Shown here: in pieces, positions 24,235 to 34,937 of the stretch
Position numbering within the stretch: position 1 is the stretch's first letter
How the letters are laid out: every line of letters starts with the position of its first letter
DNA from: Coniocarpon cinnabarinum
Taxonomy: Eukaryota
Assembly (NCBI GenBank): GCA_051942205.1
Contig: JAVECO010000003.1
Coordinates: 124,001 to 188,000 of the forward strand
Direction of reading: 5' to 3'
Length of the DNA stretch: 64,000 nucleotides
Notes under the pieces: model-generated
The model's input: the letters and a program-made list of their open reading frames with translations, nothing else
Told to the model about the DNA's origin: nothing
Database searches by the model: none
Made by a program: the position numbers and the translations under genes

Positions 24235-25236
24235 ATGTCCGCGCCTCACATGCTGCCCCCAAATGGCACCAGCAGATTCGACCAGATTCCAGGTCCGCTG
24301 GGGTTGGAGTCCGCCTCTCTGAAGGGCAAGGTTGCCGTGGTCACGGGCGCTGGTATGTCGAAACCCGATCATGCAGATTATGTTGAACGTTAGCATGGGT
24401 ATAACTTACGAACGACTGCTCACATGTATCATTGATAGGTCGCGGCATTGGCAAGGAGATGGCGCTAGAGCTTGGACGAAGAGGCGCCAACGTCGTTGTC
24501 AACTACGCCAACAGCACGGAAGCTGCTGACAAGGTCGTGAACGAGATCAAACAAAGCGGTAGCGATGCGGTTGCTATTAAGGCGAATGTGACTGATGTCG
24601 ACCAAATCTGTCACCTATTTGACGAGACCGTCAAGGCTTTTGGCAAGCTCAACATTTGCTGCTCAAATTCTGGCGTTGTCTCGTTTGGTCATGTCAAGGA
24701 CGTGACGCCCGAGGAATTTGATCGCGTATTCAACACAAACACCCGTGGACAGTTTTTCGTCGCGAAAGAAGCCTACAAGCGCATGGAAGTCGGTGGACGT
24801 ATAATTTTGATGGGCAGCATTACCGGTCAGGCAAAAGGCGTACCCAAGCATGCAGTGTACTCTGGAAGCAAGGGCACAATCGAGACTTTTGCTAGGTGCA
24901 TGGCGATCGGTGAGACATGTCCTCGACTGGCAAAGGACTGAAGTACATCAGCTGACAATCTTCATGCTAGACTTTGGCGATAAGAAGATCACTTGTAACG
25001 TCGTCGCACCTGGTGGGATCAAGACTGACATGTACCACGCCGTTTGCAGAGAATACATCCCCAACGGGACGGCCCTCAACAACGAACAGGTGGACGAATA
25101 TGCGGCCACGTGGAGCCCTCTGCATCGGGTCGGACTGCCGATTGACATTGCTCGCGTCGTCTGCTTCCTTGCGTCACAGGACGGAGAGTGGGTGAACGGC
25201 AAGGTCATTGGCATCGACGGTGCTGCATGTATGTAA
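24235..25236 (+). CDS. BRN1: 1,3,8-trihydroxynaphthalene reductase (3HNR/Brn1/Thr1), DHN-melanin SDR
   Basis: [70 protein letters not shown], terminal GIDGAACM. Introns ~24353-24438 and ~24910-24970. Confidence 0.92.
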
Positions 25237-26306
25237 AGAATTTACTATGCTGCAAAAAAACTCAAATAACTTGTACGCCGCCGGCAAAACATGTTCCGCA
25301 TGCAGCGCTTAAGATAGGTCTTGGTAGTGTCTGCAAAAATAGTTGCGGCGACAGCTTAGGATGAATCGTTGCGGTCGGGTCTTGGATCTGAGAGTGCTAC
25401 AATTTGCGCTGGTAGACTTTCGGAAATGTACCGCGCCAAGCGCGCACAGATTCCGTCGGCGCTAATTAATCTAATTGTGTCTTGAGAAACTCTGAACTTT
25501 TTCTTCCTCCACAAATGCGATGCCATGCACAGACTCTTCGACATCAAGCATGACTGTCACTGAGCAGACTTGTGGCATCGCATTACAACCATGCAATCGT
25601 GAGTCAGACCAAGTCTTCCTTAGTCCCATCTTTCAGTTGATGATCCAACCTACGTCTTCTTTCCCAGTCAGAGTCGACATGAAGACAACACATTGGGCCC
25701 TTTTTTCCTAAGGCGCCTGTTACTAAGCCAGTAAACTCGCCTGATTCTTGCTACTGCAATCCCACACTGGTCACCGCATTCCTTGAAGATTCGCAGCTGA
25801 CCAGTCATTAGCATAGGCAGATTCCGGTTTTACACGCACTCACCGTCATCCACCGGCCAACAGCACATTCAGCGCTTCAGGTTTGTAGCACACAGGCTAT
25901 TCAAACGACGAAGTCAGAATCGAAGAACTGGAAGAGAATGGCGCTAATTGACAGCTCGAGCTGATTGTGCTTTGGTAATGTACGTTAAAGCCTCTTTTCT
26001 CCCGCAGTCTTTATCGACTTCCACCTTTCCGATGATGAGGTTTTCCTTTCTATTCGCAGTTTCCACGCGAGCATTACTACGTGGCGAACCCAAAAACCAC
26101 GGGTGTGCACATTATGGGCGCTCAATCTTCCTTGGATGTCTGAGGAAATCTTCCGTCAGCTTTGAGAACAGCTTCCCTCTATTGCAGAAGCTGACGCTCC
26201 ACAAATAGGTATTTCAAGTTCTATGTAACGTCCAACGCTTGAATGAGCAGTCCAACTTTGGTTGGTTCCAACCCATCACAATTACGTATTTGTTCTATAT
26301 CCAAGG

Positions 26307-27743
26307 TCATGTCATGTACTTCTTCAGCCCACGCAAACGATCTTTCGCGTCGTCGAGAACGTTGTCATCCTTGCAGATGGCAAAGCGTAGCCAGTCTTCC
26401 ACCGTGTGTTTCTTTGCTGGAGTCATGAACTCGGATGGACAGATTGCTGCGACGCCAAGTTCCATTATCAAGAACCAAGCGAGCCGGTAATCGCGTGGGC
26501 GAGTCATCAGATCCTCCGGGAAGGTGTAGTCCTCTGGTAGTTTTAGCTTTGCGAAGTTGGCCATGACAAAGTAACCTCCGTCAGGCATAGAATAGGGTAG
26601 TCCTAGCTCATCGAATATAGACACGAATCTTTGAACCTTGGACAGCATCTCTTCTCGGGATTGATTCCAAAAGTCATGCTCTTCTGCCTTCTCCAGTGCC
26701 GTTGCAAGGGCCTCCTGCGGTGGGCTCGGACTGCAGAAGCAGATTCGCACGTGTGCTTTCATCACTGGCTCGATGAGGTATGGGTATCCAATTAGCCAGC
26801 CTATTCGCCAGCCTGTGCAGTAAAAGTTCTTGCCACCGCTGCCCACGGTCAGGGTGTGCCGCGCGATCTCGGGACTCAGCGTGAACATGCGGGTAAAGTC
26901 GGTGTAATAAAGCTTATCGTAGACTTCGTCGCTGACAATGATCAGACCATGCTTGACGCACATGTCACCAATGTCCAACATCTCTTGACGCGTGAAGACT
27001 TTGCCGACGGGATTGTGTGGGCTGTTGACGACGACCATGCGCGTTCGCGGCGTGATCGCGGCCTCCAGCTCCTTCATGTCGATCTTCCACTCTGCAGCGC
27101 TGGTGGTCTTGTGGTTGCCTTCCTTCGGTGGGTGCATCGGCACGTACACCACTTTGCCGTTGCCCATTTCGATGTTGTGAATGTACTGGTCGAAGAAAGG
27201 CTCAAAGACAATGACTTCGTCGCCATGATCTAGAAAGCCCATGAATGCTGCCAGCATGCCCTCATTGGCACCCGTAGTGATCGTCACTTCCGTCTCCGGG
27301 TTGATGTCATATCCAAAGCTCTTCTTGTGCGCGTCCGCAATCGCCTTGCGCAGTCGTGGCCGACCCTTGGGCAACGAGTACTGATTTGCGGCCACATTGT
27401 CTAGAGCTTCTTTGTGGGCGTCGAGGACGAACTTGGGTGGGTTGTAGCCGAAGAAACCCTGGCCCATGTTCACGACTGGCTGCTTGGGGGACTTGGCTGT
27501 TGCTTCGTTGACGACAGACCAGACATCTTTTCGGGCGCCTGCAACGCGGGGAGACTGTTTGAATGGATCGCGCTTGGCAGTTCCGGCGGGATGGCCGTTC
27601 ATGGTTGATTGCGTTGCGTACAGACAGGCTTGGTGTGGATTAAATCTTGAGGATCGAGGTGGGATGTTTAGTTCTCGTGAGATTAAGACCCCGGGCGACG
27701 ACCTGACCAGTTGCTTGTAAGAGTGTTGCGGAGTAGCTAGCAT
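26307..27743 (-). CDS. BNA3: Kynurenine aminotransferase, class I PLP-dependent (Bna3-like)
   Basis: VNMGQGFF, NQYS..KGRPRL, TTGANEG, NSPHNPVGKVF, SDEVY, SGGKNFYCTGWRIGW, LRFAICK. Start is ATG 27743 (possible mitochondrial presequence) or ATG 27602. Confidence 0.88.
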   Translation of the reverse strand: MLATPQHSYKQLVRSSPGVLISRELNIPPRSSRFNPHQACLYATQSTMNGHPAGTAKRDPFKQSPRVAGARKDVWSVVNEATAKSPKQPVVNMGQGFFGYNPPKFVLDAHKEALDNVAANQYSLPKGRPRLRKAIADAHKKSFGYDINPETEVTITTGANEGMLAAFMGFLDHGDEVIVFEPFFDQYIHNIEMGNGKVVYVPMHPPKEGNHKTTSAAEWKIDMKELEAAITPRTRMVVVNSPHNPVGKVFTRQEMLDIGDMCVKHGLIIVSDEVYDKLYYTDFTRMFTLSPEIARHTLTVGSGGKNFYCTGWRIGWLIGYPYLIEPVMKAHVRICFCSPSPPQEALATALEKAEEHDFWNQSREEMLSKVQRFVSIFDELGLPYSMPDGGYFVMANFAKLKLPEDYTFPEDLMTRPRDYRLAWFLIMELGVAAICPSEFMTPAKKHTVEDWLRFAICKDDNVLDDAKDRLRGLKKYMT

Positions 27744-28007
27744 GCTCCCGCCATGTCCAACATGAGAGGAGTCACTACGTTGTGAACGCGGATAACTGAC
27801 TTCCAACGCCCTTCTAATGGGTGGTATGCAAAATGAGTACGCTTACGTGAGTCGGGCAAGATGGCGACGAAGCCGACCTCGGAGCCGGATGATCGGGTTA
27901 GCGTCATCACTGCCAAGAGTTCAGGGAGATCTGATGAATTTCTCCGAAACTCTACGCGTGTTCTATCTCTTCTTACGCGTCTGCTCAATCATGTCCTCCC
28001 CGTACAC

Positions 28008-29999
28008 ATGGTTCCTTGCCCCATCTGTGGGAAGCCAGTGCAGCAATCGCACATCAACGATCATCTTGACTCGGGATGTGAGACGCACTTAGGGGTGCCG
28101 TCGCCCGAAGCGAGCACCCAAGCTCTGCCAGTCACTCCAGGCACCCAAAGCAATGGAGGTCACAAATTCAGCAACTTTTTCCAGAGACTTCCGAGTTCTA
28201 CTCAAAAACCTGCAGACATAGTTGCGAAACCTGGGTCTGAGATTCAGAAGCAGTTTTCCGCGACCCAGCAGCCCGCCGCTCGGAGTCAAGATGCGACACC
28301 GTCCTCGAACTTGACACCAGTGACCAACAATTTGAAGCGACCGCACTCCCCATCGCGTGGCGACAATGATAGCCAAAAAGCGCTCATTGACAGCCCTGTG
28401 AATACCTCGCCGCCCGCTGCCAAACGAGCAAAGCTTAACGATCACGCGCCGCTTGCTGATCGAATGCGGCCACGATCCTTGGATGACGTTGCTGGTCAGC
28501 CGTTGCTCGCGAAGCACGGTCTTCTCCGCATTATGATTGAAGCGAACAAGGTACCATCCATGGTTCTGTGGGGCGGCCCTGGGACTGGCAAAACCACTAT
28601 CGCACGGCTAATGGCGCATCAAAGTCAATCACGTTTCATTGAGCTTAACGCGACTTCCACCTCAGTCATTGAGCTGAAGAAAATTTTTACAGAAGCGTCC
28701 AACGAGCTAGCTCTCACACGACGGAGGACTATTGTTTTCTGTGACGAGACTCATAGGTTCAGCAAGTCGCAGCAAGACGTTTTTCTGCGACCAGTCGAGG
28801 ATGGTTCGATTACACTTGTCGGTGCAACCACGGAGAATCCGTCTTTCAAAGTCATTCACGCGCTCTTGTCCCGCTGTCGTGTCTTCACGCTCGAACCGCT
28901 CAGAGACTCCAACATCACGAGTATTCTCACTCGCGCGCTTGATCTCGAATGCAAGCGCTTATCACTCCAGACGCCTCCAGCTTTACTCACTCCAGAGCTC
29001 TTGGAATATCTCGCTCGTGTTTCTGCTGGGGATGCTCGAACTGCGCTCAATCTGCTCGAGATTACACTGTCGTTGACTACTGCAGACCCAGATCTTGAAC
29101 TTCAGGATCTCCAAGCTCATCTCAAGGCTACAATCTCGCACGATCGTGCAGGTGACGCTCACTACACGCTGATCAGTGCTTTTCACAAGTCAGTTCGTGG
29201 CTCTTCTGCAGATGGGGCGCTATACTATCTCGCGCGCATGATCGAAGGTGGTGAAGATCCTCTTTTCGTTGCGCGACGCATGGTCGTGATCGCTTCCGAA
29301 GATGTGGGACTGGCCAGCGATACACTGCTGCCACTGGCCATCGCAACATACACAGCTTGCGAGAAGATCGGCATGCCTGAATGTCGCATCAATCTGGCAC
29401 ACTGTGCAACGGCGTTAGCACTATCCAAAAAGAGCGTGCGCAGCTATCGCGCGTACAACGCCGCTGCCGCTGCAGTCCGAGAGCAGGGCGGTGGATCGGG
29501 CGGCAAAGCTGGGTCTGGGCAACGTATCGAAATTCCGTGGCATTTAAGGAATGCAAGCACCAGATTGCTTAGAGACATGGGAGCAGGAAAGCAATATAAG
29601 TACAATCCAGATTTCAAGGATGGCCAAGTGGTCCAAGACTATTTGCCAGACGGGCTACGAGGACGCAAGTTCTTAGGTGAGCTGGATCTCGGGGAGGATG
29701 TTGACGAGGAACTAGATCATGTAGAACCGCGGTTCTCTGAAGATGGTGCTCAAGATGATGGTGAGGCGCTACCCGCAGAGGTGACAGATAGTTCACCCAA
29801 AGAACCAGGCAAGGGAGCGGAGAAAGTTGAGCAAAGTGCCAAAGACGAGACTGTGCCACCAACAGAAAGACAAGTGGGCATGGGGAAATTCAACGAATTT
29901 TCAGAACAATTGCATGACTGGGATCCAGGAGGAACGACAAGCCAAGCGGGAGCTGGAGAGGACGAGGCGCCAATCGAGATTGATGAATGGGAACAATGA
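28008..29999 (+). CDS. MGS1: Mgs1/WRNIP1 DNA-dependent AAA+ ATPase with N-terminal UBZ finger
   Basis: MVPCPICGK..INDHLDSGC, PLADRMRP, Walker A GGPGTGKTT, DETHRFSKSQQD, GATTENPSF, ISAFHKSVRGS, SEDVGLA. Confidence 0.95.
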   Translation: MVPCPICGKPVQQSHINDHLDSGCETHLGVPSPEASTQALPVTPGTQSNGGHKFSNFFQRLPSSTQKPADIVAKPGSEIQKQFSATQQPAARSQDATPSSNLTPVTNNLKRPHSPSRGDNDSQKALIDSPVNTSPPAAKRAKLNDHAPLADRMRPRSLDDVAGQPLLAKHGLLRIMIEANKVPSMVLWGGPGTGKTTIARLMAHQSQSRFIELNATSTSVIELKKIFTEASNELALTRRRTIVFCDETHRFSKSQQDVFLRPVEDGSITLVGATTENPSFKVIHALLSRCRVFTLEPLRDSNITSILTRALDLECKRLSLQTPPALLTPELLEYLARVSAGDARTALNLLEITLSLTTADPDLELQDLQAHLKATISHDRAGDAHYTLISAFHKSVRGSSADGALYYLARMIEGGEDPLFVARRMVVIASEDVGLASDTLLPLAIATYTACEKIGMPECRINLAHCATALALSKKSVRSYRAYNAAAAAVREQGGGSGGKAGSGQRIEIPWHLRNASTRLLRDMGAGKQYKYNPDFKDGQVVQDYLPDGLRGRKFLGELDLGEDVDEELDHVEPRFSEDGAQDDGEALPAEVTDSSPKEPGKGAEKVEQSAKDETVPPTERQVGMGKFNEFSEQLHDWDPGGTTSQAGAGEDEAPIEIDEWEQ

Positions 30000-30505
30000 T
30001 CCGGCATGCTGACTTAAGCAGATACCCACCAGCCTTCTCATGACCTTCAAATCTTGCTTGGGCAGCCCTTCGTGTGCCTTGGACGTGCACGGCTTTTGCT
30101 CTGCGTCAATAGGAGGTTTGCGGGATATAGAAGATATGACACAGATGGGGATCCCCAGCTTTCAATGTAACAAACACTCCGCTTTAGATCGTGGTCAGAC
30201 GCAGCGACTGCCAACAGTGACACTGGTGTACCGTTCCGCATGGCGACTTTTGCGTGGATCATGGCTGTGCTTGTTCGAGGCATCTCGCTACATCCCAGAC
30301 CGATGATTGGCTCAGCTGGCCGCAGAAATAGCAAACGCTGCATAATTTCCTGGAAGCAGTCCATGATATGTCCCCGTCTTGGCGTCCTTGTGCGACCTCC
30401 CCTGTCCATCTTTAGCTGGTGTATCGTTAGACTTGTAAGCAAATGATTCCCCAGCGCTTTCTTCCTTCCTCGTCACACTCAAAATTCAACAACATATTGT
30501 CAGTC

Positions 30506-31603
30506 ATGGGGGCCCAAACATCAGCCGTGCATGGATCCGTCAAATTTATTCAGAAGTAAGTCAGAGGCAAAGTGTCAAAGGCAAGTCTATTGATAAGATT
30601 CTAGACTCTTTGAGTCTGGAACTTTCTCGGACATGACCATTGACTGCAATGGCACTTTCTTCAAAGTACACAAGTGTATTGTCTCTAGTCAAGGTGGCTA
30701 TTTCGCTCCTGACAAACAGGGCTTTGCGGTGAGTAGCTGCTGCGCTGGAGCGACCCAGGCATCGAGCTCATTATCTACGCAGGGCGGCGACAATTTTTTA
30801 CAAATACCTGACGAAGACCCTAGCGAACTTGAGGCGGTCATCAAGTACCTGTACTCCATCCCTTATTCGGTGCCTGATGGCCAAGAATCTGCAGCAGAAT
30901 TCCACGCAGGTGTCTATGCTCGTGCAAAATATTTTCAACTACCCGAATTGCAAGAGCGTAAGCTATCAGATGGTGATGTTTCATGCTTCTAAACCTAATT
31001 GGATGTCCACAGTTGCCAAGCACAATTTTGAGGAAGTGGCTACTGCCGAAGGTTTGACTGGCGCGCACTTGGCTTTCATGGCTGCAAAGCGCGTTTATGA
31101 TGATGAGAACGAGGAGGACATGCAAAACGATCGCGGTTTGAAAGACATTCTGGTCAATGTACTCAATGAACACAAAACGGTAAGGTTCTCAATCTCAATA
31201 CTCAAGCAGCGACTCGTCGTCTGCGCTGTTAAGTCATTTGGCAAAAAGCGATCCGCTTTCGCAAACCGATTGTTTTCAAGCAGGCACGACGCTTTCCGCG
31301 AAGCCGAACGGAAGTCGAGCCCGAAGATCAGGCTTCGCCAGGAATTGTGGTCTCGTTATCACAGCGTTATAAAGAATCCTCACCGGCTAATTCATGATGT
31401 CACAGGACGTAATTATCGAGTGTGAAAACAACAGACAAGCACTAAGGGACCTCCCCGGCTTAGCCTACGATCTGGCTGTTTTTTCGCAGAAACTTGAAAC
31501 AGCTGCAACGCAAAAGGATGACTATATAGCCTGCCTGGGTTGCGGGGTTGCAGAGGCCCGCGCAGGCTTGCCGTGTCCTGCTTCCTCGTACGGTCACTTC
31601 TAA
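30506..31603 (+). CDS. BTB/POZ-domain protein, array copy 1
   Basis: MGAQTSAVHGSVKFIQK/LFESGTFSDMTIDCNGTFFKVHKCIVSSQGGYF..DEDPSELEAVIKYLYS..DRGLKDILV..LPGLAYDL. Introns 30556-30604, 30729-30782, 30958-31012, 31180-31405. Confidence 0.85.
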
Positions 31604-32363
31604 TGATCGGGACGATTGCTTTCCAGCAAGGTAGGCGAGGTTTCTGCTCAGAAGCGTACTTGACGCGAGGATTGATCTGTACCTTGCACGTGTGGAACGC
31701 AGTTGACTGTAGCTACGAAGTCTTTCATTGCTATTTGCTTCAGCAATGCTTGTACGTAAAACCCACGATACGTTCGAGCATCTGTACTCAAGCATTTGCG
31801 TCTGTCTCTTCACAGCTAATGAGGCCAAATACGGCTTTATTTTCCATGGAGAAGGACGCGGAATCTTTGCGGAGTAGTATATCAAAACTACGAAAAGCTG
31901 ACTATCTGGGTACCACCGCCTATTATTCGTGCGCAGATTCAGAGTGTTTGGAGATAGCTGAAATTAAGTCACTGTGGCATACGCGCCCTATCATTTGTAC
32001 TCATTCTTAATGCAAGGATGGTTCCTGCAGGTCAGGAGTGATTCCAGTTCAGCCTCGCGGTCTAACGGTGCGGGTCTAGAACGCACTCGGCCTGTAACCT
32101 CAGTCCTCAGTCCTCGTGGATCACCAACATCGAACGTTCATTCTGGACAAAACATACTATGTTCCTCAAAGAGCTCACAGATTTCACAGACACAACAGAT
32201 CGCCCTCGCTTTACTAGCAGATTCTCAGCTTTCTGGTTGATCGCAAGGCAAGATACTCAACGACATCATCATCTCTTGAACAGGGCTCGATACTCATCAG
32301 CAATCAGCATCGCGACGCGAATGCTCTTAAAGCATCGGCTCAATTCGCCAAAAACTATTAAAC

Positions 32364-34937
32364 ATGGAACATCTTTCCTGCGACCCCGATGGAGCTCCGA
32401 CTTTCCAATGCGCTTACCACATGTGTAACACTTTGGAACCTTACAACAACGAAGCTTTCGACGACTACCTTGAACGACAAGGTCACACTGTTGATCAAAT
32501 TGTCGATGAGTATACACAACCTCTAGAACCTGCACAGAACTTGCATAATCTCGTCTTAATTCAGAACTTTGCCTTTTTCAGCTATTTGCATCAGTGCTGC
32601 GGCTTGCTAGGCGTAGAATTCGACGCACGGGATTTCATTGCCACGGATGACAACGGCAAACAATGGCTATCCACGAGACGATGGCCTCAATACGCACAAC
32701 GAATGCTCCTTGCTCGCGCACGTTCTATCGTCGCAGCATATCCTACCAAGCTTTTCGACGCGGACAAGCTCCAAGATGTGCCGCACTCACTTTTGACTCG
32801 TATTGCAAAATTCACGCATAACCACGAGCACGCCACGCAGCTTGCAACCCAACTTCGATCTATGACCGATTCGGTTCGCCTGATGCTCAAACGTCTCACT
32901 GCCTCGCTTCAGCGGAGAAGAGTCGTGCTTCTTCTGACAGATCCCGAGTATCAACTGATTGTAACCATTGCTCTACTCACAGAGAGTATGGATCACATCG
33001 TCCTGGAGTTATTTCCTCCCTGCAAGTACAGTCCACGGGAGCTTTTCGCAGTCGATCAGAACGCCATGGACTGTGCGATGAACGTTAAGCACTGGTGTCG
33101 CAACCGCGTTGCAGGGGTCGCAAGCGGCCCACCTATGCGTTTGGCGCTGCTGGAGATGCCTTCGCATAGTTCAGTGCTGCATGGACCTGATCTGTCAGAT
33201 GAGTTGGAGGCCATTGGAACCGACGGACGAGACAATCACCCTGAACGACGCGCTCTTCTCCAAAAGCTGAATAACAGGGGAAGTGAGACTCAGGTTCCCT
33301 CTTGTAGCGACAGTTCGTGCTTGAGATCGATTCAAGCGAGCATGCATATGAAGCCGTGCCATGGCTGTGATCCGGGACATTCAGATTGCCCGCAGCTTGT
33401 CGTGGATGAGAAAGAACTTGCAAGCATATACTTAGACGGAGGACTTCCCGTTGTTGCGCTCGACCATTCAGATGGCAAAGCTTCGATCACGGTCGTGAGA
33501 CGTGAAGAGGAACAAGCCTACTGTGCAATCAGTCACGTTTGGTATGTCCCTTTCATCATCTTGACGTCCTTCGAATATCAATGGAGGAAGCTAATACCTA
33601 GACTCAGGTTTCACGGACTGGGAAACTCGTACGCGAATAGCCTGCCCTTGTGTCAACTGCAGCACATATCCAGCTTAGTCGCTACATCAACTCAGACTGA
33701 GCCTCTGTTTTGGCTTGACACGCTGTGTGTACCTGTCTCAGAAGAGTACCAGGCTGCGAGGAAAGAAGCAATTTCCCACATGTCAAATATCTACAAACAG
33801 TCAAGCTCGGTGCTCGTTTTGGACAGAAATCTCCAGTTAGTTGGCGACGATCCAATCGAAATGGGGTTCCAACTGTTGTACTCGGAGTGGAGTCGCCGGC
33901 TCTGGACGCTTCAGGAAGCCATCCTGCCCGGTCCAGAAAAGCTCGTGGTTGCTTTCAAAGAGCAAGTGCTGCCCTGGAACGACGTCTGCAACAGCGAATC
34001 CATTGCGAAAGACGCGTGCGAGAAATGGCTTGAGGTGCGTTGCGAAGAGATAGGTCTTTCATTGACGTCAATGGAGGCTATCAACAGCCTTGACATGTTC
34101 GACAAGACCGTTTTGGAGGCACTGGTCAACGCATTCAAGCCAAAGGCGCGAATACTGGGATCGCATCGCATGTGGAATCCCCTCGAACGCCATATCCGCT
34201 ACCTTCTCGATGAGATGCTAAGCCCAAAGATTAACGGGAATTCGCTATCTCCCGACACCGTTCATCAACTATCTCAAATGATGAACTACAGGACCACTTC
34301 AAAGCCGGCTGACGAGTTCATTTGCATAGCGACCCTCCTGGGTCTGGATTTGACCAGCTTTGAGGCACTGCCAGGTGCTATGGATGATATCCTTAGACGC
34401 ATTCCAATTTCTGAAGATATCATCTTCATACCGGGGCCACGGGTGAGTCGCAAAGGTTTCCGCTGGGCACCTGCAAGTCTTCTCGCGCAGGATCCCGTGT
34501 CTTTCAACGACGGTGCTAAGCCTGCAAATGTCTCAGAAGAAGGGATTCGAATTCACAAAGGTTCTCTTTTGCTGCAGGGTCCATTAAATTTCAGGCCGAT
34601 GACGAACTATGTCTTCAGCGAGAAAGGTGTACCGCTTTTGACGGGTTTCTACGAACCAGAGCCACGCGATGGAACAATAGAAACGGTTTCTCTCGATAAG
34701 GCTGCTTTCATCCTCGCGTATGACTTCAAACATGAGTTCACGCATCGCACGATTGTCCCAGCTACGCTCGTAGAGGTATTGACCCTTCCAGAACAGGGAG
34801 CGGATCATCAAGCGCGCTTTCTCTCGAATTGGTCACTTGTATCAGTAGAGCACGCGGTGCATCACGCCGGAAATCGCGGTTTGTCAGAGCATATACCAGT
34901 AGAATACCGTGCGCCGGAGCGGTGGCTAGTCGATTGA
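32364..34937 (+). CDS. Heterokaryon incompatibility (HET) domain protein with long N-terminal extension
   Basis: HET blocks YCAISHVW/FHGLGN, PLFWLDTLCVP, AISHMSNIYKQSSSVLVLD, SEWSRRLWTLQEA; downstream RTTSKPADEFICIATLLG and GFRWAPASLL. Likely 66-nt intron 33542-33607. Confidence 0.9.
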   Translation: MEHLSCDPDGAPTFQCAYHMCNTLEPYNNEAFDDYLERQGHTVDQIVDEYTQPLEPAQNLHNLVLIQNFAFFSYLHQCCGLLGVEFDARDFIATDDNGKQWLSTRRWPQYAQRMLLARARSIVAAYPTKLFDADKLQDVPHSLLTRIAKFTHNHEHATQLATQLRSMTDSVRLMLKRLTASLQRRRVVLLLTDPEYQLIVTIALLTESMDHIVLELFPPCKYSPRELFAVDQNAMDCAMNVKHWCRNRVAGVASGPPMRLALLEMPSHSSVLHGPDLSDELEAIGTDGRDNHPERRALLQKLNNRGSETQVPSCSDSSCLRSIQASMHMKPCHGCDPGHSDCPQLVVDEKELASIYLDGGLPVVALDHSDGKASITVVRREEEQAYCAISHVWYVPFIILTSFEYQWRKLIPRLRFHGLGNSYANSLPLCQLQHISSLVATSTQTEPLFWLDTLCVPVSEEYQAARKEAISHMSNIYKQSSSVLVLDRNLQLVGDDPIEMGFQLLYSEWSRRLWTLQEAILPGPEKLVVAFKEQVLPWNDVCNSESIAKDACEKWLEVRCEEIGLSLTSMEAINSLDMFDKTVLEALVNAFKPKARILGSHRMWNPLERHIRYLLDEMLSPKINGNSLSPDTVHQLSQMMNYRTTSKPADEFICIATLLGLDLTSFEALPGAMDDILRRIPISEDIIFIPGPRVSRKGFRWAPASLLAQDPVSFNDGAKPANVSEEGIRIHKGSLLLQGPLNFRPMTNYVFSEKGVPLLTGFYEPEPRDGTIETVSLDKAAFILAYDFKHEFTHRTIVPATLVEVLTLPEQGADHQARFLSNWSLVSVEHAVHHAGNRGLSEHIPVEYRAPERWLVD

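Noticed and set aside
26307..27743. Aminotransferase as a GliI-like C-S lyase of an ETP cluster
   Set aside because: Motifs match Bna3/kynurenine aminotransferase and it lies more than 30 kb from the NRPS.
27769..27774. TGACTC (Gcn4/CpcA-like) site near BNA3
   Set aside because: A single hexamer, very close to the ATG and not statistically meaningful.
27861..28007. 49-aa N-terminal extension of MGS1 in the ORF track
   Set aside because: It occupies the short divergent promoter shared with BNA3, and homologs start at the UBZ finger (MVxCPIC); ATG 28008 preferred, though not proven.
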